Source: Candidatus Parcubacteria bacterium (GTDB lineage Bacteria > Patescibacteriota > Patescibacteriia > CAIXNZ01). Taken from it: a stretch of DNA of 64,000 bases. Shown in pieces: positions 48,520-57,876 of the stretch. Each line of letters opens with the position of its first letter. Position 1 is the first letter of the stretch. Made by a program: the position numbers and the translations under genes. Location of the stretch: NCBI GenBank assembly GCA_026395685.1, contig JAPLYG010000016.1, positions 1,035 through 65,034 of the forward strand, written 5' to 3'. Under the pieces are notes generated by a model. The model was not told the DNA's origin and ran no database searches. It saw only the letters and a program-made list of their open reading frames with translations.

Positions 48520-49821
48520 TTATAGCTGTTCATCTTCATACCATTTTATATTGCGGGAAATATACATCACAACTGCCAATATCATAAACAGAAAAACACT
48601 TCCCATCAAAAAGGCGTAATCTTCCGACTGCAAAATAACATACATAAAAATATAGAGCAAAGCCAGAATTCCGCCGATAACCAGGGCCATATTATTTTTT
48701 TTGAAAATTGCCCTGGAGTAAAGGGAAATAAGCAAGGTGGTAGCAAGGGAGGCTATTAAATAAGCTATATTGAAATTAATATTTTCAGCCAAGGACAATA
48801 ATAAGGCGTAAAAAATTACCAGGGCCAGCCCAACCAAAAGATACTGAAACGGATGAATCCTTTTCTTATAAATAACTTCCACAAAAAAATAGGCTAAAAA
48901 AGTAAGGAAGATGACTAAAATCGCATATTTAACCGAACGTTGGGTCTTTTGATAATGATCAGCCGGTATTAGTAAATCCACGCCAAATTCCGCATTATCA
49001 ATATCATAAGCTTTATCCTGCCAAATCTGAGGAAAATTACGGTTTAAATCAAGTACTTTCCAGTTAGCCGTAAAGCCTTGGGCAGTCACTTCCCGGCTAT
49101 CAGGCAAAAATTTACCCGCGAAACTTGGACTTGGCCAATCAGACTTTATGCTGACTTGAGTCTCTTTGCCCAAGGGAGAAAAATATAAATATTCACTGCC
49201 ATTTATTTTCACTTCCAGATTAAAATCAAAAGTTTGCTCAGCGCTCTCAGCCGTCAGAATAAGCGGGGCACTGACACCTGATTCAAAAAGATCCTTTGCC
49301 TTGGCGCCAGATTCAAAAGTTAGCTCTTTACTGCCGAAATTCATGACAATAGTTTCTTTGATACCTCTCATATCGGGTATGCCTAAAGAAATATAAGCGT
49401 CATGCCACTGGATATTTTCAGACGAGATCCCTAAGTCACTGTAACTAATCCCTTTAAACTGTCCGCTGATTTTCAAATTTGATTTATAGACTGCGGCTTC
49501 AAAAATACCCCGTTTAAGTATTTCCGGCTTAATTTCGCCATCTACTTTCAAAACATCAGGTAACACATAGATAAATCCTTTGATATTAGACATCTTAGTT
49601 TTGTCAAAAGTCAAATAAGGAATTGAAATTACCGGGCCGACAATAGTTTGCGCATTGCCCCATTTTTCGCTAACCTCGCTGATAGCTTCGCTCTGGCGCT
49701 GTTTTCTTTCATAAACCAGACCATAAAGCATTAAAGTGGGAATTAATAAAACTAAAATCAAACAGCCTATTACCACCAATTTAACGCTGATTGACTTTCG
49801 AAACCATTGGCTTGCAGACAT
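48520..49821 (-). CDS. creD: Inner membrane protein CreD
   Basis: W...QT..GP, WPSPSF.G.FLP, RSVKYA, IHPFQYLLVGLAL. Confidence 0.93.
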   Translation of the reverse strand: MSASQWFRKSISVKLVVIGCLILVLLIPTLMLYGLVYERKQRQSEAISEVSEKWGNAQTIVGPVISIPYLTFDKTKMSNIKGFIYVLPDVLKVDGEIKPEILKRGIFEAAVYKSNLKISGQFKGISYSDLGISSENIQWHDAYISLGIPDMRGIKETIVMNFGSKELTFESGAKAKDLFESGVSAPLILTAESAEQTFDFNLEVKINGSEYLYFSPLGKETQVSIKSDWPSPSFAGKFLPDSREVTAQGFTANWKVLDLNRNFPQIWQDKAYDIDNAEFGVDLLIPADHYQKTQRSVKYAILVIFLTFLAYFFVEVIYKKRIHPFQYLLVGLALVIFYALLLSLAENINFNIAYLIASLATTLLISLYSRAIFKKNNMALVIGGILALLYIFMYVILQSEDYAFLMGSVFLFMILAVVMYISRNIKWYEDEQL

Positions 49822-50000
49822 ATTTTCACAATTAATAATTAGCTAAATTGAGATTCCCCCTACCAAGAGTAAGAAGACTTCTAATGTAGAATAATTCTAA
49901 AACAAAACTGAAATAAAATCAAGAACCGACCCCGCGATGCAAAGCCGGTCTTATTGATACCTATTGACAATTTTCTCAAGCTATGCTAGTATACCACTAC

Positions 50001-50210
50001 GTCTGGGCAGGCTGATGGCAGACATTGGCTGGGCCGAGTAAGGTCGCCTTGGACCGAGTGGCAAAGCAACAAAGCAAGGCTGCGGTCAAGAAAACGTCGG
50101 AATATCTTGACCTAAGCGAAAAAAGGATCCGGCTTACTCCCTAGGCTTGCCCGGCCTTTGGAGGACCAACATGACAGGGCAACCCCGGGACTGCAAACCG
50201 GGGCTTTTTA
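50001..50210 (+). ncRNA. Unidentified structured RNA with own promoter and terminator
   Basis: TTGACA(49964)-N17-TAGTAT; nested stems GGGCAGGC/GCTTGCCC, GAGTAAG/CTTACTC, GCCTTG/CAAGGC, GGTCAAGA/TCTTGACC; terminator CCCCGG..CCGGGG-CTTTTT. Confidence 0.65.
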
Positions 50211-50307
50211 TTTTCTACAAATTTAATGCGAATATACTAAAAACACCCCACAGAGCGGAGTGTTTTTTTGCAACCTCATAAAACTTAATATAACTTCATA
50301 CAACCGC

Positions 50308-51936
50308 TCAAGAGATCGCCGCCTTAATAAACTCTTTAAAAAGCGGATGCGGCTTCAACGGTCTTGACTTGAATTCAGGATGAAATTGTGTGGCCACAAA
50401 AAATTTATGATTCGGCACTTCAATGATTTCTACTAAATTATTATCAGGAGAAGTTCCGGCAATGCGCAAACCTTTTTCTTCCAGTAACTTCCTGTATTGA
50501 TTATTAAATTCATAACGATGGCGATGGCGTTCGGAAATTTCTTTTTGTCCATATGCTTTATAGCTGACAGAATCTTTATTTAAAACACAAGGATAAGCTC
50601 CCAAGCGCATAGTACCGCCCATTTTCTTGGTTTTAATTTTCTCAATTTGATCTTCCATAGTATGAACCACAGGGTAAGGCGTATTTTCATCAACTTCCGG
50701 AGTATTAGCATTTTCCAAACCAGCCACATGGCGGGCAAATTCAATTGTCGCCAATTGCATGCCATAGCATAAGCCTAAATATGGAATATTATTTTCCCGA
50801 CAATATTTAATAGCCTGAATTTTGCCTTCAATGCCTCTCATGCCAAAACCGCCCGGCACAATAATGCCGTCGTATTTTTTTAATTCAGCCAGTTTGGCAG
50901 GATCTTTTTCGTATTCCTCAGAATTTATCCAGCAAAGTACGGGCTGACGATTATTGGCCCAAGCCGCATGCTTAATTGCTTCAATTACTGAAATGTAAGA
51001 ATCTGACAAAGTAAAATTGCCTGTGGCAAAATATTTGCCGACAATGCCGATATTTACTTTTTCTTTGCTGGCCTTAATTACTTCCACCAATTTTTCCCAA
51101 TCTTTCAGATCTTTCCCCTTATCTTTTAAGCCAAACTTTTCCAGAATTCTATTGCCAAGCTCGTCTTTCTCAAAATTTAAAGGAATTTCATAAATAGTAT
51201 CGACATCCGGGGCTGAAATGGCGTTTCCTTTTGGTATATTACAAAAAGTAGCCAATTTTTCCTTGCGTACTTCATCCAAAGGAACCTCTGCCCGGCATAA
51301 AATAAAATCGGGAAAAATACCAGTGCTGTTTAAGGCACGTACGGCTGTTTGCGTTGGCTTAGTCTTCATTTCACCTATTTTTGAAGGTATGGGCAGATAG
51401 CTGACCAGAATGACAATAACATCATTGGGCGTTTCGGTTCTCATCATGCGGGCTGCTTCCAAAAACAAAATATTCTGATATTCGCCGACAGTACCGCCGA
51501 TTTCAATAATAGTAAAATCAGATTTTGCCAATTCAGAAGCTTTTTTAATACGGTTAATGACTTCCTGCGGCACATGTGGCACAACTTCCACGCATTTTCC
51601 GCCATATTCTAAATTCCTTTCCCGCTGAATCACGCTTAAATAAACACGACCGGTTGTCATATAATTTGTTGACAGAATATCCTGATCTAAAAATCTTTCA
51701 TAATTACCGATATCCTGGTCGGTTTCATCGCCGTCATCAGTTACAAAAACTTCGCCGTGTTCAGTCGGATTCATTGTTCCGGCATCAACATTGATATAGG
51801 GATCAATTTTAATAGCTGTAACTTTATAGCCTTTGCTTTGTAAAATTTTACCGATTGAAGCGCAGGAAACACCCTTGCCTACTCCGGACATCACGCCACC
51901 GGCAACAAAAATGTATTTGGGGGTCATATCTTCCAA
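50308..51936 (-). CDS. pyrG: CTP synthase
   Basis: GGVMSGVGKG, KTKPTQ, GLCYGMQ, ERHRHRYE, QFHPE. Confidence 0.97.
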   Translation of the reverse strand: MEDMTPKYIFVAGGVMSGVGKGVSCASIGKILQSKGYKVTAIKIDPYINVDAGTMNPTEHGEVFVTDDGDETDQDIGNYERFLDQDILSTNYMTTGRVYLSVIQRERNLEYGGKCVEVVPHVPQEVINRIKKASELAKSDFTIIEIGGTVGEYQNILFLEAARMMRTETPNDVIVILVSYLPIPSKIGEMKTKPTQTAVRALNSTGIFPDFILCRAEVPLDEVRKEKLATFCNIPKGNAISAPDVDTIYEIPLNFEKDELGNRILEKFGLKDKGKDLKDWEKLVEVIKASKEKVNIGIVGKYFATGNFTLSDSYISVIEAIKHAAWANNRQPVLCWINSEEYEKDPAKLAELKKYDGIIVPGGFGMRGIEGKIQAIKYCRENNIPYLGLCYGMQLATIEFARHVAGLENANTPEVDENTPYPVVHTMEDQIEKIKTKKMGGTMRLGAYPCVLNKDSVSYKAYGQKEISERHRHRYEFNNQYRKLLEEKGLRIAGTSPDNNLVEIIEVPNHKFFVATQFHPEFKSRPLKPHPLFKEFIKAAIS

Positions 51937-52024
51937 AATTAAAAATTAAAAATTTAAAATTAAAAATTGCCGAAAGTAATTTTTAAATTTAAGTTTTCAA
52001 TCAAGCAACAAAAAAGAGAGGCTA

Positions 52025-52471
52025 TTATTCCTCTCTGGCGACAGTAAGTCCAATCTTGGCAGTTACTCCTGTGCCAAAATCAACTAAGACATCATAATAT
52101 CCTAAACTTTTAATAGGTTGCTCTAATTTAATATATTTAGTGTCAATAACAAATTTGCGCTCTTTCAATTCCTCGGCAATTTTTACGGCGTTTATGGAGC
52201 CGAATAAAGTTTTCTTTTCGTCTGCTTTTGCCTTGATGGTAATTTTTATATTATTTATTTTTCTGGCAATTTCTTTATTTTTTTTAGCTCTATTTTCCAC
52301 TTTTTTGATCTGCTGTCTCTTTTTAGTTTCCATTTCGTTTATTGTCGCATCCGAAGCGATTTTAACCAAACCATTAGGCAATAAATAATTGCGGGCAAAG
52401 CCTTCACTCACCTCTTTTACTTCCCCGGTTTTACCCAAATTTGGGACAGTTTTTATTAAAATCACTTTCAT
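52025..52471 (-). CDS. rplI: 50S ribosomal protein L9
   Basis: MKVIL...V.NLG..GEV..V..GFARNYLLP, LFGSI. Confidence 0.96.
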   Translation of the reverse strand: MKVILIKTVPNLGKTGEVKEVSEGFARNYLLPNGLVKIASDATINEMETKKRQQIKKVENRAKKNKEIARKINNIKITIKAKADEKKTLFGSINAVKIAEELKERKFVIDTKYIKLEQPIKSLGYYDVLVDFGTGVTAKIGLTVAREE

Positions 52472-52576
52472 ATTATTATAAATAAAACATGTTTTGAACT
52501 GTGAGCCTTGAGCATAAAGCTCTAAGCCCCAAGCCCGAAGCTCTAAGCTTACGAAATTATTCTACACTAAAAAATA

Positions 52577-52975
52577 TTAATTGCCAAATAATCCTGCCCA
52601 AAAGCCCTTGCTCTCCGAAGCTTTAGCAGAGGAGGGTTTTTCAGATTCAGAATCGTTTTCATCATCTGACGCTTTATCTGCAGCTAGAACTATATTATAG
52701 ATTCGCTGCGCTTCTTGCTTTACCAAATCTGAATCATAATCTCCGCTATGAGCGGTATAACCTTCGTATGAAACTTTTTTCTGGTCCAAATGCAAACTCA
52801 AAATTAACGGATCTTCGGAATTAATATACATATGAAAACGCGGATAAAAATCAGAACGCAATCTTTTTACGTAACTGGTTTCTCTGGTGCGCGAATCTCT
52901 AATCTGGCCATAACCGCAGCGTCTGACCAAAAAATCAGCATTTTTATTAAATTTTTGGTTAAATGGAATTTTCAT
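52577..52975 (-). CDS. Conserved hypothetical carrying an in-frame palindromic insertion (PSSAKASESK)
   Basis: YPRFH, LHLDQKK.SY...AHSG motifs. Confidence 0.7.
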   Translation of the reverse strand: MKIPFNQKFNKNADFLVRRCGYGQIRDSRTRETSYVKRLRSDFYPRFHMYINSEDPLILSLHLDQKKVSYEGYTAHSGDYDSDLVKQEAQRIYNIVLAADKASDDENDSESEKPSSAKASESKGFWAGLFGN

Positions 52976-52982
52976 TATAATT

Positions 52983-53336
52983 TTATTTAACTTTTTGAAA
53001 TTTTACGATAATTATCGGATCATATTTATTTCCCAATTCATCCAAAATTTCCACTTTTTCACCCTTTATTAGCCTATTAAAAGCCAAATCACTGATCATT
53101 TCATTGTCTGCATCTATATCCAGCTTCAAATCTTCCAATTTCTCAAAATCTTTAATCATCGCTGATTTAACGGTTGATTCAATCTCTTTTTTATGAATTT
53201 TCAATTTTTCAATTTCATCTTTAACTTCCTGATACTCGCTGCTGTGTGATAATTCGCTTTTATAAGCGTCGCGAATCACTTTCTGGTCTGCTTTAAACTT
53301 TTTAACACGATCAAAAATTTCTTGGATGTCCTGCAT
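52983..53336 (-). CDS. Conserved coiled-coil hypothetical
   Basis: 117-aa ORF in operon with neighbours. Confidence 0.7.
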   Translation of the reverse strand: MQDIQEIFDRVKKFKADQKVIRDAYKSELSHSSEYQEVKDEIEKLKIHKKEIESTVKSAMIKDFEKLEDLKLDIDADNEMISDLAFNRLIKGEKVEILDELGNKYDPIIIVKFQKVK

Positions 53337-53754
53337 AGGATTTTTAAAAATTATTAATCAAAAATACCATTTTATTATAACCTATTTTACTAACCGCATC
53401 AATTGTTGATAAGTCTTTTATTTTGCTGTAAACTATTAAAAAACAAATGCCTTTTAAAAATCCATTATTTTAATCCAATTATACTTAAACTCTGAGTAAA
53501 GAGCAACCTCACAAATATAATATACAATAAATGCTTTTATCTTGACAAAATAACTATTTTATGTCGTAAGTCAATATTCGCAAAAAATGACTTGACAATT
53601 ATTTACGAAGTTGCTAAGGTATCATATGGTTTAAATACAGAGGCCAAAGAGGCCGCGTACCTTTTTAATATATATAAGGCAAGGGGAGGCAAACAAAGAT
53701 TCAAAACAGCTCTGCATTGCGGAGCCAAACCGTCTGAAAAAGGAGACCTGACAG

Positions 53755-54924
53755 ATGAAGAAAATCACCGCATTCACGGCCATGGCGGTCATGATTCTCA
53801 TGACCATGCTCTCGGGCTGCACCAAGCCCGCCCCCGGCAACGGCAACAACCCCATCGGCGCCCAGCCCAACGACCCCCGCGCGTCCGAAATGACCGTCTC
53901 GTGGACCTACGACACCCCCGGCTCGCTCAAGTGGGAATCCGGAGACCTGACCCCCATCAAGGACAGCGACGACGGCCTCTGGAAAATGCTCTACGACCCG
54001 GCCGGCGTCAGCCCGACCGCCATTACCCCCGGCTTTCCGCCGGGCTACGTGGCCATCGGTGGTGACGCGATCAACCCGACCTGCAATAACCCGTACAACC
54101 CCGCGTGTCGGACGGACATCTCGTCCAACTGCACCAACGGCGTCTGCACGGCGTCCGTGAATCTGCCCATCGGCTCCTGGAACGGCATCTGGTTCTGGTA
54201 TGATGGTCAGGTACGCGTCGACCACATCACGCTTTCCGCCGGGACCCAGTCCTGGCCGCTCGTCAACTACTCCGTGATCGCCGGCGATACCGCTCCGACT
54301 ACCAATCCGCTGCACCAGTCCTGGGTCGCAGCCTGTGTCCGCATCGACAGACCCACGCCCACGACCATCGACGTCAACCGCGACGTCGCCAATAACGCCA
54401 GGTGCCAGGAAGTGATCTACAACATCGAAATCTGGGCCAACGGCGACTCCAGCGTGAACGTCCTCGACGACAAGTTCGTTCCCTGGAACGGTCTGCAGGC
54501 TCACGAAGGAGACATGAAGATCAAGTCAACGCTTCTGCCTCCGACCGTACAGTCCGGCAGTACCCTATTCCCGAGAATCGTGTGGAACACCAACGCGTAC
54601 ATCCACCGCATCTCGAGCGTGGCCGCTTCGAGTTCCTGGTGGCTCGCCTTCTACAGCCATGACCGGGGCGACACCGCGCCGCCCAATCTGCTGTCCCCGA
54701 TCCACGGCGGCGTGTCCATTCGCACCTACCGCTACGGCGCCGGCTGGGCCATCCCGACCACGCCCAACTGCACCACCGAGCTCCAGAACATGATCAACCT
54801 GAATACGATCAACCCGCTGCTCGAGCCATTCTACGTCCTGCAAGTGACGGGTATCAACACCACGTCCAACTGCGTCACCCAGGGCGTGGACACCCGAAGC
54901 CAGATCTTCGGATTCGCAAATTAG
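53755..54924 (+). CDS. High-GC secreted lipoprotein of unknown function
   Basis: SD AAGGAG, signal peptide with lipobox LSGC, strong C/G third-position bias, terminator 54949-54980. Confidence 0.85.
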   Translation: MKKITAFTAMAVMILMTMLSGCTKPAPGNGNNPIGAQPNDPRASEMTVSWTYDTPGSLKWESGDLTPIKDSDDGLWKMLYDPAGVSPTAITPGFPPGYVAIGGDAINPTCNNPYNPACRTDISSNCTNGVCTASVNLPIGSWNGIWFWYDGQVRVDHITLSAGTQSWPLVNYSVIAGDTAPTTNPLHQSWVAACVRIDRPTPTTIDVNRDVANNARCQEVIYNIEIWANGDSSVNVLDDKFVPWNGLQAHEGDMKIKSTLLPPTVQSGSTLFPRIVWNTNAYIHRISSVAASSSWWLAFYSHDRGDTAPPNLLSPIHGGVSIRTYRYGAGWAIPTTPNCTTELQNMINLNTINPLLEPFYVLQVTGINTTSNCVTQGVDTRSQIFGFAN

Positions 54925-55006
54925 GGGTTGCCTCCCCCTACTTGACCAAAAGCCCCAGGTACTTCGGTACTTGGGGCTTTAAAATTGATTTTTTAGGCTA
55001 ATATCT

Positions 55007-56275
55007 TTATTTTTTCAATAAAATTTCCAGAGCTTTATCCATTTGAGGATCTTTATCTTTATTAAAATCATCCGGTGTCAATTTTACTTCAATATCCGGT
55101 AAAATACCTTCACCATCTATTAAATTCTCGTGTGGAGTAAGCCATAAGGCAATTGTCAATTTAATTGAAGATCCATCGTCTAAGGGAAATATTGTTTGCA
55201 CAGAACCTTTGCCAAAACTTTTTTCGCCGATTAAAGTAGCCAGCTTATAATCCTTTAATGCGCCGGCAACGATTTCCGAGCCAGAGGCACTGCCTCCGTT
55301 AATCAAAACTACGGTGGGAAAATCTTTTAATCTGGCCTGACCAGTGCTTTTATTTTCCTTCAAACTGCCGTCGCTGGCTTTTTCATAAACCACGACTCCA
55401 TTTTCCACCCATTCACTCGTGACATTTATTGCAGTGTCCAAAAATCCGCCCGGGTTATTTCTTAAATCCAAAATAATGCCCTGGGGATTTTTTTGCACGA
55501 TTTCCATTACTGCTTTTTTAAATGCCGCATCAGTATCCTCATTAAAATAGCGTAATTCTAAATATGCGATATTATTATCCAGCATTTTCCATTTTACGCT
55601 TTCTATTTTAATCTTGGAACGGATTATTTTATATTCCTTGGGGTCGTTTATGCCGTTGCGCCCAATCAATAAATTTACTTCTGTGCCCTTAGGCCCTCTG
55701 ATTTTGCTGACTGCAAAATCTAAACTCATACCAGAAGTATCTGCGCCGTCAATAGCTAAAATTGTATCTCCGCTCAACAACCCGGCTTTTTCCGCAGGTG
55801 AATCGGGCAAGGGCGCGACAATGGTGATCTTATCATTTTTAACTGCTATTTCTGCGCCTATTCCTTCAAAATTACCTTTTAATTCTTCGGTAAATTCTTT
55901 GCTGGTATCCGGGTCAAAAAAAACTGAATGCGGATCGCCTAAAGCGGCAACACTGCCGGCCATAGCCCCATAAAAAAGCTCTGTTTCATTGACCGGCTGC
56001 TTAACATAATTATTTTCGATAATTTCCCAGGCATCCCAAAACAAATTAAAATTGACCTTATTGCTTAAAAAATCAGGCTTTGCTTTCTTATTAAAAACAA
56101 CTCCCATTTTTTCACCATCGACCGAATCACTCACTACTTTGTATGTCTGCCGTCCGGCAATTAGGCCTAAAATAAATGATAAAAAAATAAGCAATAAAAC
56201 AGCATAGAACTTAACAAATCGCCGAAAAAATTTTTTTTCAGATTTTGGCACATCTAAAAGACTTGGCCGTTCCAT
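55007..56275 (-). CDS. ctpA: S41 carboxyl-terminal protease
   Basis: DPHS, GIGA, PDZ, DLRNNPGG, SASGSEI, GKGSVQ. Confidence 0.93.
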   Translation of the reverse strand: MERPSLLDVPKSEKKFFRRFVKFYAVLLLIFLSFILGLIAGRQTYKVVSDSVDGEKMGVVFNKKAKPDFLSNKVNFNLFWDAWEIIENNYVKQPVNETELFYGAMAGSVAALGDPHSVFFDPDTSKEFTEELKGNFEGIGAEIAVKNDKITIVAPLPDSPAEKAGLLSGDTILAIDGADTSGMSLDFAVSKIRGPKGTEVNLLIGRNGINDPKEYKIIRSKIKIESVKWKMLDNNIAYLELRYFNEDTDAAFKKAVMEIVQKNPQGIILDLRNNPGGFLDTAINVTSEWVENGVVVYEKASDGSLKENKSTGQARLKDFPTVVLINGGSASGSEIVAGALKDYKLATLIGEKSFGKGSVQTIFPLDDGSSIKLTIALWLTPHENLIDGEGILPDIEVKLTPDDFNKDKDPQMDKALEILLKK

Positions 56276-56437
56276 AAATTTTTATTATGAATAAAATATC
56301 CAATCCTAAAATGGACTTATTATATTAATATTAACAAAATTCTACGGAATTAGCAATCTTGATTTAATTGCACTCTTACGCTATAATCAAAACAATTATA
56401 TTATTAACATTTCTACCGTAACATTAACTAAATTTAT

Positions 56438-57817
56438 ATGAATTTAAAAACCAGGCGTATAATCATGTACAGTTTTATACTGGCATTTTTAATTTTAGCG
56501 CCGATAGTGATATTCTATTCTTCTGGCTACCGTTTTGATTTAAAAAGGCATCAAGTGCTCAAGACGGGCACTCTTTTTCTGGAAGCCAAAGAAATAAACA
56601 AGGCAAATTTATATGTAAATAACAAATTAATTGAAGATCCTTTTAGCAATAAAAAATATATTTATAACCTTTTACCCGGTGAATATTTGGTTAAATTATC
56701 GAAATCAGGCTATCACGACTGGCAAAAAAAAGCCATAATTTACAGCGGGCTGACCACTTTTATTAAAGATGCGATATTATTCAAAAAAGACGTTCCCCTG
56801 CAGATAGCGGATGGGAATATTTCCGAATTATATCTTTCACCTGATTCTTCTAAAATTGCCTACCTGGAAAAAAATGATACTTTTTCTGAAATATACCTTT
56901 TAGATCTATCCAGTAACAACACTGATTTAATTTATCGATTTACCAGTAAAGATCAAACAACAAGCTTAAGCTGGGCGGCAAGCAGCAAAAAAATAATGCT
57001 TAGTTATGACAGTACCCATATAATTATTGACACTAATAATCCGAAAAATATTTTTAGCCTTAACGCAGTTACCAATTTCAAAGCCCAAAATATTATCTGG
57101 GATATAAACAGCGACAATATTCTGTTCACGGAGTATCAAGACAGCATTTATCGCATAGATCTATACAATAAAAAATCAGAAAAGATATTTTCTTCGCCCG
57201 ATACCCAAATTAACCCGACGTTTTTTATTGAAGGCAATGATATTTTTTATATCTCAGAACAAATCGGCCAAAACAGCTTAAATAAATACAATCTCCAGTT
57301 TAAAACCGAGAAACAAATCATAGAATTAAGTAAAAACAGCAACTATAAGTTTATCAAGAGCACCAATAACTATTTAGGGCTGATTGATCTGGATCAACAG
57401 AATTTATTGCTTATTAAAAAGATAGATGCCGACTATGTTACTAGCCTCCAGAACCAAACTAAAAACTTTAATGCTAAGGAAGCTTTCTGGGATGATAAAC
57501 AGAATCAACTGCTCATTTATGATGATTTTGAAATTAAAATTTATAATACGGATGCTAATAAAGAACTTTTTATAAACCGCTATGGCAACCCCATTAAAAA
57601 AATAAGCTGGTATCCCGATCTGAGCCATCTATTAATTTTATTTGATAATAATATTGAAATAATAGATATTACCCAGGAAGTCGGGACAAGAAACTATATA
57701 GAAATTGCCAAATTTGACCAAATCTCAAATTTTGCCGTAACGCCCGACGGAAAAGCTGTATACTTTTCCGGCCAAATCGGCAAACAACAAGGTTTGTATC
57801 GTCTCAATCTGCAGTAA
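56438..57817 (+). CDS. PEGA-domain protein with beta-propeller repeats
   Basis: TM, GYRFD....KTG, NLLPGEY.V..SK.GY..W.K, SPD repeats. Confidence 0.75.
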   Translation: MNLKTRRIIMYSFILAFLILAPIVIFYSSGYRFDLKRHQVLKTGTLFLEAKEINKANLYVNNKLIEDPFSNKKYIYNLLPGEYLVKLSKSGYHDWQKKAIIYSGLTTFIKDAILFKKDVPLQIADGNISELYLSPDSSKIAYLEKNDTFSEIYLLDLSSNNTDLIYRFTSKDQTTSLSWAASSKKIMLSYDSTHIIIDTNNPKNIFSLNAVTNFKAQNIIWDINSDNILFTEYQDSIYRIDLYNKKSEKIFSSPDTQINPTFFIEGNDIFYISEQIGQNSLNKYNLQFKTEKQIIELSKNSNYKFIKSTNNYLGLIDLDQQNLLLIKKIDADYVTSLQNQTKNFNAKEAFWDDKQNQLLIYDDFEIKIYNTDANKELFINRYGNPIKKISWYPDLSHLLILFDNNIEIIDITQEVGTRNYIEIAKFDQISNFAVTPDGKAVYFSGQIGKQQGLYRLNLQ

Positions 57818-57876
57818 ACTCATTATTATAAAAAATAAAAAAGACTCCTTGCCGCGGGGTCTTTTTGTTATTTATA

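Noticed and set aside
50001-50210. RNase P, SRP, tmRNA or retron msr-msd
   Set aside because: No GAGGAAAGTCC, SRP helix-8 motif or tRNA-like ends, and no reverse transcriptase in the window.
50171-50281. 36-aa ORF after the GGAGG
   Set aside because: It reads through the terminator and the convergent pyrG terminator, so it is unlikely to be a full protein.
52025-52471. Presence of L9 as an anomaly for CPR
   Set aside because: L9 loss applies to only some CPR lineages; its presence is compatible with Parcubacteria.
53592-54843. Overlapping ORFs 53592+, 53631-, 53701-, 54402+, 54565-
   Set aside because: These are shadow frames of high-GC DNA; only 53755..54924 has an SD, signal peptide and third-position bias.
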